64,000 nt of DNA from an uncultured virus (IMG/VR IMGVR_UViG_3300006927_000005) (IMGVR_UViG_3300006927_000005); one strand, 5' to 3'; shown: positions 50,777-60,955, counted from the first letter of the stretch. Translations and numbers: made by a program. Notes: generated by a model from the letters alone, not told the origin.

Positions 50777-51437
50777 ATTCTATTGGGTCTTTCATTTTGT
50801 TGTCTAAAAATCCTTGTATACGAGAACTACATGCGGTACAATAACCACAAGCTTTATCTTTACCTTCGTAACAAGTCCAAGTGTCTTCGAAATGAAGACA
50901 ATTATCTATTCCTAATTTTATAATTTCTGCTTTTGATAAATCAATTAATGGAGCTTCTATTTCAATTCTATTTTTTCTATTAAGAGAGGTTAATTCGTTT
51001 ATACTATTAAGAAATTCAATACTACCATCCCAATACCCAGCTTGACTATCAACCAAGGCTGCTCCATGAAAAACAGTATTAGCACCTACTGCTTCAGCAT
51101 ATGAACATGCAATAGATAACATTAGCATATTTCTAAAAGGAACATAATTTACTGTTTGAGCATCACCTAGAACATTCCGCGCTTGCGCAACTGATATATT
51201 ATCATTTGTAAGAGAGGAGGTAGGAGCAATAGTTTTAAGGAATTTAAGATCAATTATTTTGTGATCTTTAATAGTGTTATAATATTGTATTTGCTTTTCG
51301 GCATATAAAAGTTCTTTCTCGTGTTTTTGACCATAATTATAGCTTATTGCATAAATTTCATCTTTTTGAAAGTCTGCAATATTTAATAATAGAGAACTAT
51401 CTAAACCACCTGAAATTGGTACTACTACTTTACTCAT
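50751..51437 (-). CDS. queC: 7-cyano-7-deazaguanine synthase-like protein
   Basis: SGGLDS, YGQKH..EL, YVPFRN, TWTCY...CGYCTAC..R. Confidence 0.92.
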   Translation of the reverse strand: MSKVVVPISGGLDSSLLLNIADFQKDEIYAISYNYGQKHEKELLYAEKQIQYYNTIKDHKIIDLKFLKTIAPTSSLTNDNISVAQARNVLGDAQTVNYVPFRNMLMLSIACSYAEAVGANTVFHGAALVDSQAGYWDGSIEFLNSINELTSLNRKNRIEIEAPLIDLSKAEIIKLGIDNCLHFEDTWTCYEGKDKACGYCTACSSRIQGFLDNKMKDPIEYERTDIPW

Positions 51438-52218
51438 TAAATTCTAACTTAATAGTTTTAGGTTGTAATTTTTTATATTGCTCATCCCATAGGTATTGGT
51501 ATTTACCGCAATCTCTTTTTGTATGATAAGGCTTCACGTGCTCATTATAATGTAAAAGATAATCTTCGTGTTGTTCCATTAAATGACTATCCCGGCGATG
51601 ATAAACATTAAACCTTGGCTCGAGCTCTATATAATTTCCCTGGCAATATTCATTTATTATCCATTGATCATGTCTGTCGTCATTTTTCTTATGTAACTCT
51701 AAACATGTTTGAGTAAATTTATTTTTTCGGAGCACCTCTAAATTCATCATTATAATTCCGCAGTTTCCTGACAGTTTTTTATTTTTATATCGTATAATGC
51801 TTATATTATCTACTACTTTATCTGAAGGACACGGTTTCAATGCAATACCGATATCTTTTGTATCTATTTTGTAAATTTCCATTAAATCTAAATTTACAAT
51901 TATATCAATATCTAAGTATAAAATTTTATCTTCATTGATAAGTTCTGGTATAAACAATCTTAACATTGTCGCTTCAGAGACATGATCTAATCCTGTATAC
52001 TCACGACTCCATTTTTTAAAATACTCTTGAAATGAGAAGTTATCAAAATGTGAAACCCATTTATTTAACTTATCTATTCTACTTCTATTTTGTATATTAT
52101 GAATAAGATGAACCGCGATTTCATGTTTTTTGTTTTTGCTTATAATTGAATTTATTACAACCGGTATATAGTCAATTAATTTCTTATCACTACAAAAACA
52201 GATATTTATTTTACTCAT
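51430..52218 (-). CDS. glycosyltransferase family 8
   Basis: RLFIPEL..KILYLDID, NCGIIMMNL, DQWIIN, LHYNEHVKPY. Confidence 0.85.
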   Translation of the reverse strand: MSKINICFCSDKKLIDYIPVVINSIISKNKKHEIAVHLIHNIQNRSRIDKLNKWVSHFDNFSFQEYFKKWSREYTGLDHVSEATMLRLFIPELINEDKILYLDIDIIVNLDLMEIYKIDTKDIGIALKPCPSDKVVDNISIIRYKNKKLSGNCGIIMMNLEVLRKNKFTQTCLELHKKNDDRHDQWIINEYCQGNYIELEPRFNVYHRRDSHLMEQHEDYLLHYNEHVKPYHTKRDCGKYQYLWDEQYKKLQPKTIKLEFNE

Positions 52219-53326
52219 CTTGTTGCTCTAATATAGCAGTTTCATCTAATGATTTACCATATCGGTATTTTTCATTTATAGATGATTCTATATTAGGTAA
52301 GATAGAATTCCACAGTTTTTCATCGTTGCGCCAATTTTTATAATATCCTAATTTTTTATCTCCCATGCTATATGTAGAGCCATTTTGTTGAATAATGTTA
52401 TGAGCAACAGCTACATCTTTTAAGCCAGAATATTTTTCTAATCCGGTTTTGAAATTTAAATATGCTTCTGCTTGTAAAAACGCTGGTATGAATCTATTTT
52501 TTACAGTAAGCATTCGAAGAGTAACTCCTGAGTAATTTCTACTTTCTGTTAATGCTTCGTCGCTGTCATTTGAAGCATCTGTTCTTTCTTTCTTTGCGGC
52601 CATTTGGACTAATAAAGAAGCCATGTACATAGGACCCGAACCACCAGCTTGTTGCTTGACTAAGGTAGGATGGAGTGCACCAGGATCAGCATATGTGTGA
52701 TTACTACATATAATGGTTGTGCCAGTTACGGCAGCCTTATATGTAATAATACGCATCATGGATTTAAGCTGCTTAGCCCGGAGTCCCATGTCCATGGCTC
52801 CCTTATTAGCCTCAGCATCAGCAATTTCTTTTGAGGATGCTAAATTTCCAAGAGAATCAATCGATATAATAAATTTTCCGTGAAGTTTTGGTTCTTCTTC
52901 AACTCCGTCTAAAAATGTAACGAGTTGATTACGACAGTTTTCAACAGTATCCACCGGAACATATTTTACATTTGAAACATCAAGACCTACGTTTTCAGCT
53001 CCTTCTTTTTCAATAGCAACCTCAGTATCAAATATTACAGGTACCATTCCTTTTTTTTGAGCTTTGGCAAGAATTTTATTTAAAATAAAAGTTTTACCAC
53101 ATTGAGGTTCTCCAGCAAAAATTGTTATTCTTCCTTTGGGAACACCACCATATAGTGAACCAGATAAAATAGAATTTAATACTAAGCATCCAGTATCAAC
53201 CCATTCAGTTACATTACTCAGTGTATTTTCTTCTAGAGTGGTTGCGTTTCTATTAAGCTTCTGTAATTTAGCGAACGCCTTATCCACGAGAGATGTATCA
53301 TACGCTTTTTCAGCATATTTTGACAT
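52211..53326 (-). CDS. uvsX: RecA-like recombinase (UvsX)
   Basis: DTG..LN..LSGS..GGVP.GRIT, GEPQCGKT, FDTE, IDSLGNL, DMGLRAK, KNRF. Confidence 0.92.
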   Translation of the reverse strand: MSKYAEKAYDTSLVDKAFAKLQKLNRNATTLEENTLSNVTEWVDTGCLVLNSILSGSLYGGVPKGRITIFAGEPQCGKTFILNKILAKAQKKGMVPVIFDTEVAIEKEGAENVGLDVSNVKYVPVDTVENCRNQLVTFLDGVEEEPKLHGKFIISIDSLGNLASSKEIADAEANKGAMDMGLRAKQLKSMMRIITYKAAVTGTTIICSNHTYADPGALHPTLVKQQAGGSGPMYMASLLVQMAAKKERTDASNDSDEALTESRNYSGVTLRMLTVKNRFIPAFLQAEAYLNFKTGLEKYSGLKDVAVAHNIIQQNGSTYSMGDKKLGYYKNWRNDEKLWNSILPNIESSINEKYRYGKSLDETAILEQQDE

Positions 53327-53327
53327 A

Positions 53328-53687
53328 TTATTCCTCGAATAATGTTACTTCCGGTACATTTTCCTCTAAGACGTCTACAGGAGGTTCTGGGTTTGGTTCT
53401 GGAATGGTCTTTACATTAATCTTATTACTATAATGTTCTAGGATTTTTGGAGAAATAATAACCTCAACCTCAGTATACTGATCATTAGTATAGTTGAAGA
53501 TAGGTGGTTCTCCAGACGAAAATTCGGTAAAAAATAAAGGCATAACATCTACTTTCATGTTTTGCGCATCATTAGGCGTAACCATGATCATTGCGGGAGC
53601 CTTTACTCGTATATTTGATTCTTTCTTTTCAACTAATTCTCCAAAACAAGTCCTACCAATACTGTCGATATATGTAATAACATCCAT
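53328..53687 (-). CDS. hypothetical protein (possible Sm-like fold)
   Basis: 119 aa; own sigma70-like promoter. Confidence 0.55.
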   Translation of the reverse strand: MDVITYIDSIGRTCFGELVEKKESNIRVKAPAMIMVTPNDAQNMKVDVMPLFFTEFSSGEPPIFNYTNDQYTEVEVIISPKILEHYSNKINVKTIPEPNPEPPVDVLEENVPEVTLFEE

Positions 53688-53693
53688 ACAAAT

Positions 53694-53721
53694 ATTATAT
53701 TAACTATATTTTAATTTGCAA
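53694..53721 (-). promoter_or_regulatory. sigma70-like promoter upstream of the uvsX operon
   Basis: TTGCAA-N16-TATAAT-N6-ATG. Confidence 0.55.
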
Positions 53722-56368
53722 GGTCAATTTTAAAGAAATCAAATAGATCTGTATTTACAGCTTGACCGGGACGAAAAGACTTCCAATTTACATTTTCATA
53801 AAATCTGTCTATTACACTATAGACAATTTTTTCAAACATTTTCTCATAGTCAATTTTAAAGTCTTTTTTAAATTCTTTAGGTAAATCATATTTAAATCCT
53901 AATGAACTTATGCCAAACTTATTAGGAGTTATTGTATAGAAATATCGAATTTTATCACCGGAGCTAATATTTTCATGTTTACTTGAAATATTATAGTAAT
54001 CTAAAAGTTTATTATAATATATAGACGACTTGACGTGAATTGGAGTTCCCTTTTTCACTTTCCAATCTTTTGTGTGAATACTGTATTTTTCGTAATCTCT
54101 TACTCCCATAACAAACGCAATGTCTTTTATAGGTAATGACTTAAAAATTTCATATGTCTCTTCAAAGATTTCATTTGTAGATTTTTGATTTTCGGTCGTA
54201 ATCATATGTTCGATAATTTTTTTAACATATGGCTTGATTGGCCCGGGCATTGTGGTTCGAACCACCTCAACACCAGTATATTTAAATTTATTACATACAA
54301 TTCCTTCGTCGTCTAATTTATGTAGTACGTATCGTTTTTTTTGTAAAAATAATCCTCTATCACAAATCGACTCTCTTTTAAAAACAAACCTAGGATCATT
54401 AGTTAGTAGTGTTTCTTTTGCCCATTTTTTAATATGCACGTTTAAATCGTCTTCTATATCTTGAACAAGATTATATACCTCTTCATTAATATTATTGTCC
54501 TCATGTAAAGATACTCCCATATGATCGAGTAAAGGAGTAATAGTACAATATAAACTATCTGTGTCATTATACAGGATTGGATCGGATTTTTCGATATCTT
54601 TATCAGTTAAATTAGTTTTTCTTTTAATATAATTTCTTAAAATAATATTACTTTGTTTTATGACGTCACGACCAGTTAATGTAATTGACCGTGCAATATC
54701 TCCATCCGCCATAGCAGAGTTTTTATTACCAAAATACCCATAAATACGGTTAATAAGAATTTTTAATGTAAATTGCCCAATCCAAAGTTGATCAATCTTA
54801 TATTGTGTGTTTGTAATTTTTTTCTCCAATTTAATCTTGTTGTCTTTATTTTTCTCTTTTTTAAGTTGGAGAGATAATTGGTGTTTTTTTTCACGAGCTT
54901 TATTCCATTGTTCTTTTTTCTGTGATCTTCTTTTATAGAAGTGCTCTGTAATACGCGGAAAAACTCCTTTCACTTTTTGTGAAAAAAGCTTTTTTGCTCT
55001 CGTGACTGCTATTTCATTTTTAGTGCACCACTTGTTAAAATCCCCGTAAGACATCTCAATATCTTTGTTATTTACTGTCTTTATATATACTTTACCGTTA
55101 TCAGTACCAACAATGCTTCCTACTTTAGTTTCTGGGCTTAAGTTAAGAGTTATCATGACACTAGGGTATAGGGAATTAGCATCAAATGATATAATATTCT
55201 CCTGAAACCCACGTTTTGGTTCACTTACATATGCACCTTCGTATTTCCCAGATTGATCGGCATCTTTTATAAAAGTTGGAATGACACGTGGCGGGTCTGA
55301 CTTTCTTGCTTCGACAATGGCCCTACCGTTTACAGTGCTAATAGTACCGAGAGCAGCGTTAAATGGTGTTAGCCCTATGTATGACAGCATTCTTGCTAAG
55401 TCCATATACATAAGCTTAGCTTCAAGCTTTACTAACAGTCTCACATCGTGGATGTTATAGTCTACAAACTTGTCCCAATTGTCAATAGACAGTGTCGCAA
55501 GGTTAGTTTCTCCTATATCTACCTTGTTCTCTCCTAGTTCTATGTGAGCTATGTTATCTAGCTTATAACTGTCCTTCATCCCCGGACTGAAGGTTTTATA
55601 CACATCGAGATAATCTAACATTGATACCCCCTCAACCACGTATTTCGATGTTTGCTTACCAAAATTACCGCGATACACTCGTTGATAAATTGGCTTCATA
55701 ATTTCATCATGAACAGGTGAAAATAGGCGCGTAGTATCTTCTCCTAGTACATTTCTAACTCGGTTAATTACATATGGAATATCAAAAGTCTCACTAGCCC
55801 ACCCTGATAAAATATCTGGACGTTCTTTACAATAAAAGTCTAAAAATTTTTGTAATAAGTCTGTTTCATTCTTGCAATGTACATATTTTACATCATCTGT
55901 TTTTGGTTTATATTTGTTAATTCCCCATGTAAAATACATTTTTTCTACAGTATCGTAGACTGTGATTACATTGACCATATGACTCGCTTCTTCCGGTTTT
56001 GGAAACTCATCCGGGGAATATGTTTCAATATCAAAGAACCATATTTTTAGTGGAAATTTACTAAAATTATCTGTTTCGTTTATTTGCCAAAATCTATCAA
56101 CTAAAAATTGCTGGTACGGGGAAATATTTTCATAAATTTTATGATCATTAAGATCTTCAATTTTTCTTCTTCTATCTAGTTCACTGTTAGAAGCAATCCT
56201 GCGTAATTTTGTACCGTATAATGATATTGCATCTTGACGGTTTGAATTTGTCTCACAATAGAAATATGGCTGATATGGGCAATCAGTTTCAATTCTATTT
56301 CCCTCCTCATCCCATGTGTAGAGCCGCATTACACGCTGGTTTGGTATGTATGCTAAATTTCTATACAC
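53711..56368 (-). CDS. family B DNA polymerase (gp43-like)
   Basis: Exonuclease FDIET, FDIPY, YNIHD; polymerase SFDANSLYPS, KILINRIYG, YNDTDS, KKRY; GTG start. Confidence 0.96.
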   Translation of the reverse strand: MYRNLAYIPNQRVMRLYTWDEEGNRIETDCPYQPYFYCETNSNRQDAISLYGTKLRRIASNSELDRRRKIEDLNDHKIYENISPYQQFLVDRFWQINETDNFSKFPLKIWFFDIETYSPDEFPKPEEASHMVNVITVYDTVEKMYFTWGINKYKPKTDDVKYVHCKNETDLLQKFLDFYCKERPDILSGWASETFDIPYVINRVRNVLGEDTTRLFSPVHDEIMKPIYQRVYRGNFGKQTSKYVVEGVSMLDYLDVYKTFSPGMKDSYKLDNIAHIELGENKVDIGETNLATLSIDNWDKFVDYNIHDVRLLVKLEAKLMYMDLARMLSYIGLTPFNAALGTISTVNGRAIVEARKSDPPRVIPTFIKDADQSGKYEGAYVSEPKRGFQENIISFDANSLYPSVMITLNLSPETKVGSIVGTDNGKVYIKTVNNKDIEMSYGDFNKWCTKNEIAVTRAKKLFSQKVKGVFPRITEHFYKRRSQKKEQWNKAREKKHQLSLQLKKEKNKDNKIKLEKKITNTQYKIDQLWIGQFTLKILINRIYGYFGNKNSAMADGDIARSITLTGRDVIKQSNIILRNYIKRKTNLTDKDIEKSDPILYNDTDSLYCTITPLLDHMGVSLHEDNNINEEVYNLVQDIEDDLNVHIKKWAKETLLTNDPRFVFKRESICDRGLFLQKKRYVLHKLDDEGIVCNKFKYTGVEVVRTTMPGPIKPYVKKIIEHMITTENQKSTNEIFEETYEIFKSLPIKDIAFVMGVRDYEKYSIHTKDWKVKKGTPIHVKSSIYYNKLLDYYNISSKHENISSGDKIRYFYTITPNKFGISSLGFKYDLPKEFKKDFKIDYEKMFEKIVYSVIDRFYENVNWKSFRPGQAVNTDLFDFFKIDLAN

Positions 56369-56374
56369 GCGCTT

Positions 56375-56403
56375 AGTATAATAGGAATTAAGAAAAAAAT
56401 CAA
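56375..56403 (-). promoter_or_regulatory. sigma70-like promoter of the DNA polymerase gene
   Basis: TTGATT-N17-TATACT-N6-GTG. Confidence 0.65.
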
Positions 56404-57632
56404 CTGATTTCGTTTTTTAGATTAATTAATTTTCGGCGTTTATCTCCATATGGAAATGAGTAAAGTTCAGTATAGAAATCAATATTATCTTCCATCCATT
56501 TATTCTTCATATAATCACGAGCCTTTTTAACTTCCTTAATATATTTTTTATAATCTTTAGTTAAGTATTCTATTTTATTTACTAAGTCATCCCCAGTTTT
56601 AAATTTATGAAATGCGGTTTCATATGTACATAAATCCTGACAAATACATGGTATTCCGAAAGCACAAGATTCAATAAATTTTAAATTACTCTTAGCTTTA
56701 TTAAAAATACTATCTTCTAACGGTGCGTAAAAAAGAGTTGGATTAAAGCTATTAATATATTCTGGATAATCGACAAGATTTGTCCATGTCCAGTATTCAA
56801 TTTTTTTTGTATGAACTAAATCTCTAAGAGATAGAGGAAATCCTCCTACAAAAACCCATGTAAATTTATCTACAGTTTTTCTTATTGTATCAATGATGTG
56901 ATGGAAGTCGTCTCGTTGTCCGACTTTGTTATCAACGTCAAAATGCGCACCACTTCCGCAATAAACAATCCGAGGTTTGCTTTTATATTTTTGATAATTT
57001 TCACGTATAGTATTAAAATCAAAAAATCGGTCCATCCAGAATTTAGGAATAAAATTAGGTATTACTGTAACATTATTATTGCCTGTTTTTTCTCTATAAT
57101 ATTTTTGCATGAATTTATTTGTAACGGTAATTTCATCACACATTTGCATAATCTCCATGCTTGTTTTTCTGATATTTGGATCGTCGAAGGCAAATTTAAA
57201 TTTATTATAATTAGGAATATCTTCCTTAAAAATTATATCGTCAATTTCATATATAATTTTAAAGTTAAGCTCCTTCGATAGTTCTTTTAACCATTTTATA
57301 TAACTAAATTGAGCGTCTGTAGCTTGTCTTTGTATGCGAACTGTTTTGACTCCTCTATAAAAATTTTTATCTCCTATCATTACAGTACCTCCTTGCACGT
57401 TTACCCTGTTACCATAACAATTAAGTAGTAACTCAGGCCATATCATCCTCCAATGACCACAGCCAGAATAGTCGGCATAAAAATTTAGAGCGCGTGGTAA
57501 ATCTGGCGCCTTATGACCAGTCTGGCTCGTCGCTGTTTGGGGTGGGATAGGTAGAGCATTTACGAGCGGATTGTTTATTGACACCGGTGAGAATGGTAAT
57601 CGGTTTGTTGTATACTGAGACGGTGTAATCAT
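56400..57632 (-). CDS. glycosyltransferase, GT-B fold
   Basis: SGCGHWRM.WP, YEIDD, VIPN, APL..FNKAKSNLKFIE..AFGIP. Confidence 0.8.
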   Translation of the reverse strand: MITPSQYTTNRLPFSPVSINNPLVNALPIPPQTATSQTGHKAPDLPRALNFYADYSGCGHWRMIWPELLLNCYGNRVNVQGGTVMIGDKNFYRGVKTVRIQRQATDAQFSYIKWLKELSKELNFKIIYEIDDIIFKEDIPNYNKFKFAFDDPNIRKTSMEIMQMCDEITVTNKFMQKYYREKTGNNNVTVIPNFIPKFWMDRFFDFNTIRENYQKYKSKPRIVYCGSGAHFDVDNKVGQRDDFHHIIDTIRKTVDKFTWVFVGGFPLSLRDLVHTKKIEYWTWTNLVDYPEYINSFNPTLFYAPLEDSIFNKAKSNLKFIESCAFGIPCICQDLCTYETAFHKFKTGDDLVNKIEYLTKDYKKYIKEVKKARDYMKNKWMEDNIDFYTELYSFPYGDKRRKLINLKNEIS

Positions 57633-57641
57633 TACAAAAAT

Positions 57642-59468
57642 TTATATTAAATTGTTAGTTAAATCCACTCTATTAGTGATGCTATTTTTCTTTTCTAAAA
57701 CTATAACGTCACCAGTGGCTGCTTTTACTGATTCCTTTCTATGTGAAATAATATATATACTTTCCTTATGTTGCTCAACTCGTTCTTTAATTATATTCAA
57801 TATTAACTCTACTCCTTTTTCATCTAAAGAAGTATCTAGTAATTCATCAAATATTACCAAATTATACGCTATGTCTCCTTGTAGTCTCCTCATATCCATA
57901 AACGTAAACAGCATAGCGAGGTCTATACTTTTTCTTTCAGCACCAGAAAAGTTAAAATAAGAGCATTCTTGATTTTTTTCATTTACTATCTCTTCTTCAA
58001 AGTATTCATTAAACCTACAAATACAGTTGGCATCCATTTTTTGTAAATAATAGAGCAATCGATTATTTAGTACATCTAAAATCTTTTTTACTATAAAGGA
58101 TTTAACACCTTCTTCTGATAAAATATATTTTACTATTTCTAATATTTCTAAATCTGAATATATATTATTTGACGATTCTTCTAATTCACTGACTTCTTTT
58201 ATTTTTGTTTTTATTTTAAAATCTAAATCCTGTATCTCTACATTAGTTTCTTTTTTTTGTACTTCACATAATTCTTTTTTATTTGCTTTAAGATCCTTTG
58301 TAAGAGCATTAATATATGTTATTGTTAGTTTATTATTATTGTGTACAGTTTTAATATTAGAAATATATTCATTAAGTTGGTCTTCTGCTAATAAATTGTT
58401 ATTTTTTAAGTCTAAAATACTTTTTTGCTGTTGATTAATACTTTCAATATCTTGATCACAGTTATTAATATCTTTTTCAATTTTATTTTTTTCTTTTTTT
58501 ATGTGAGTTCTATCATGATTAGTAATTTGATGTAAACATGTAGGGCAAACATTTTCATCAGTACCTATGCTAATAAGTTGTTTGTTATAGAACTTTATTT
58601 CTGTTTGATGTTGAGTGATTTTAGTAGAATTGGAATCTAATTGCTTTTGTATTTCATTTAATTTAATTTTAATCTGTTGTAATTTATTTTTACTTTTATC
58701 ATATAGATCTTTATTTATATCTTTTATTTTTTGTTTATTTTTCTCTATATCCTTATTAATAATTTCGACCCGCTCTTTAATTTTATTTTTTTGCTCGGCA
58801 ATATTAGTTATAATTTTATTTTTTTGTTCTTCAAGAAGCTTATAGATATTACTTGCATGATCAAAATCTTTTGTAATATGTTCGTATTTTTTTTGTACCT
58901 CGTTATATTCTGATCTAGCTCTTAACAGCATATCAGAGAAGATTTCTAAATTTAAAATACCTTCGATAAACTTTCTTTTTTCTACTTTCTTTTGCGCCAT
59001 AAATGGTAAAGTAGAATTAACAGACATTATTACGCAGTTCTGAAAGACTTCTGGAGAACTGTTAAGTATTAATTTTATTTTTTTGTTTGTATTAGGAATA
59101 GTACTCTCAGTAACATCAATATCATCAACAAATAAATAACACTTTGTTGGTTTTAATTTACGTACTATTCTATAGTTTTTAATTTTATTGTTTTCGTTTA
59201 TTGAAAAATCTAAATCAACATATGTATTTTTTTTATTTATATAATTTACGATAAACTCTTTTGATAGTTCTCTTATTGTTTCTCCAAATATAGCAAAATG
59301 TATAGCATCAGCTATTGTAGACTTACCGACACCGTTTCTTCTATCTTCTTTATCTCTGTTTATACCGGTAATAATATTTAAACCGGTACGAAAATTAATT
59401 TCGATCGGTTTTTTCCCAATAGAAAGAAAATTACAAATTTTTACACATTTAAAATTTACGTATTTCAT
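57642..59468 (-). CDS. recombination endonuclease ATPase subunit (gp46/Rad50/SbcC)
   Basis: NFLSIG, NGVGKST, CPTC zinc hook, FSGAE, FDELLDTSLD, ISH. Confidence 0.93.
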   Translation of the reverse strand: MKYVNFKCVKICNFLSIGKKPIEINFRTGLNIITGINRDKEDRRNGVGKSTIADAIHFAIFGETIRELSKEFIVNYINKKNTYVDLDFSINENNKIKNYRIVRKLKPTKCYLFVDDIDVTESTIPNTNKKIKLILNSSPEVFQNCVIMSVNSTLPFMAQKKVEKRKFIEGILNLEIFSDMLLRARSEYNEVQKKYEHITKDFDHASNIYKLLEEQKNKIITNIAEQKNKIKERVEIINKDIEKNKQKIKDINKDLYDKSKNKLQQIKIKLNEIQKQLDSNSTKITQHQTEIKFYNKQLISIGTDENVCPTCLHQITNHDRTHIKKEKNKIEKDINNCDQDIESINQQQKSILDLKNNNLLAEDQLNEYISNIKTVHNNNKLTITYINALTKDLKANKKELCEVQKKETNVEIQDLDFKIKTKIKEVSELEESSNNIYSDLEILEIVKYILSEEGVKSFIVKKILDVLNNRLLYYLQKMDANCICRFNEYFEEEIVNEKNQECSYFNFSGAERKSIDLAMLFTFMDMRRLQGDIAYNLVIFDELLDTSLDEKGVELILNIIKERVEQHKESIYIISHRKESVKAATGDVIVLEKKNSITNRVDLTNNLI

Positions 59469-60508
59469 GTAAACTGATTATATAATTGTACTGTTTTCAT
59501 TATTACCTTGTCTTTATTATCTATATCTAAAGAGTCAATGTATTCTATAATACATTGTTTTATATTTAAATCACCAAGTTCGTTTGTTAGTTCAATATTA
59601 TCTCCTATGTTAAATTTATGTAAATAGTCTGTCGTTAGAGAGAATGGAGATTCAAAAGTTATAGATGCAATTATTTTATCAAGTAGATTTGTTTTAATAT
59701 CCTTATCTATAACGATTTTTATAGCGAGATTCGACCATCCTTTATCTTTTGCTATGTCTTTTAGCTTTTGAAGTTCACTTAAATTAACCTTTACGTGTAT
59801 TGGAGATACATTATTTTCGAAAAATTCATACTTTACATCTTTACCACTAAGATCCAATATATAATATCCTTTTTGATCTCCGATATCGTGAAAATCCATT
59901 TGAAATGGATTACCTGCGTAAATTATTTCTCCGTTTGAATACTTTCGTCGTTGTCTTTTGTGAAAATGACCGGAAAAAATAAGTTTAGACTTTAAGAGTA
60001 GATCACAAGATTCGAATCCAAACTCACAAATTTTAAAGCTATTAAAATTAAAGTTTTGAACTTCGAGATGTCCTATTAATAGGTCACAGGCTGGTATTTC
60101 TTTAATAGGGGTTCCCCACGGACAAAAGCCAACCTTTTTATTACAAATTGTTTGTATGGTTGGTTTGTCGATAATTGTAATGTTTTTTCTGTTGTTTAAT
60201 ATTGATAATGAGTGTACAGTAGAATTATCTTTATAATAAGCATCGTGATTACCGGGAATCATGACTATGTCAAAATCTTTAAATAAATCTAATACATCAT
60301 TTGTAAAATGAAGAGATTTTACGTTTATTTCATCTCGATAGTGGAAAAAGTCTCCTCCAAAAATTAATTCTGTAATTTTTTGTGATTTTAACTGGGCTGA
60401 AAACCACTTGGCCCATGAGAAAGTAACATCATGCCATTTTTCGCTATTTTGATGTAAGCCTATATGTAAATCAGAAAAGAATCCGATTCTCTTGCTATTT
60501 AAAGACAT
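59465..60508 (-). CDS. recombination endonuclease nuclease subunit (gp47/Mre11/SbcD)
   Basis: SDLHIG, GGDFFH, GNHD, GHLE, SGHFH. Confidence 0.92.
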   Translation of the reverse strand: MSLNSKRIGFFSDLHIGLHQNSEKWHDVTFSWAKWFSAQLKSQKITELIFGGDFFHYRDEINVKSLHFTNDVLDLFKDFDIVMIPGNHDAYYKDNSTVHSLSILNNRKNITIIDKPTIQTICNKKVGFCPWGTPIKEIPACDLLIGHLEVQNFNFNSFKICEFGFESCDLLLKSKLIFSGHFHKRQRRKYSNGEIIYAGNPFQMDFHDIGDQKGYYILDLSGKDVKYEFFENNVSPIHVKVNLSELQKLKDIAKDKGWSNLAIKIVIDKDIKTNLLDKIIASITFESPFSLTTDYLHKFNIGDNIELTNELGDLNIKQCIIEYIDSLDIDNKDKVIMKTVQLYNQFT

Positions 60509-60955
60509 TTATATGTATAATTCTCGGTCGTAATCCTTGCTAGGAGCCTTATTAGTAGTATCCTCCTCATTTACTAATTCTCCATAAATTTGCTGTTGAT
60601 AGTCACTAATTGTTTGTCGATATTTTTTTTCTTTTTTTATTCTATTAATAAATGCATGATAGGCGATCGTCGTAAAATAAGAGAATGGATTTGAGGGGGA
60701 ATCTATTCTAAATTTTTTATTTTTCACGGCTGCAACCATTTTTACTACTGCATCGCCAATCATTTCGTCTTTGTAGCTATAATTTATGAAGTTTGGAGAA
60801 TAGCTTAATCCAACTGCAATTTTATAAACTGATTCAGCTAATTCATCTATTAAATCGTCAGACTCATAATAATCTTTTAAGTATTGTAAAAATTCTTTTG
60901 GATTAACATAGTAAGCTTTTTTATTAGGTTTTTTCTTTTTTATTTTGGGCTTCAT
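60509..60955 (-). CDS. late-transcription sigma factor (gp55-like)
   Basis: YVNPKEF, NFINYSYKDEMIGDA, NPFSYFTTIAYHAFINRIKKEKK. Confidence 0.9.
   Translation of the reverse strand: MKPKIKKKKPNKKAYYVNPKEFLQYLKDYYESDDLIDELAESVYKIAVGLSYSPNFINYSYKDEMIGDAVVKMVAAVKNKKFRIDSPSNPFSYFTTIAYHAFINRIKKEKKYRQTISDYQQQIYGELVNEEDTTNKAPSKDYDRELYI

Noticed and set aside
49180..51437. QueC as part of a QatABCD or type IV CBASS defence system
   Set aside because: No associated ATPase, TatD or CD-NTase genes; the folE and replication context fits nucleotide modification better
32541..56368. Introns or inteins in terminase, helicase, UvsX or polymerase
   Set aside because: Lengths are normal and no splicing or homing-endonuclease motifs were seen
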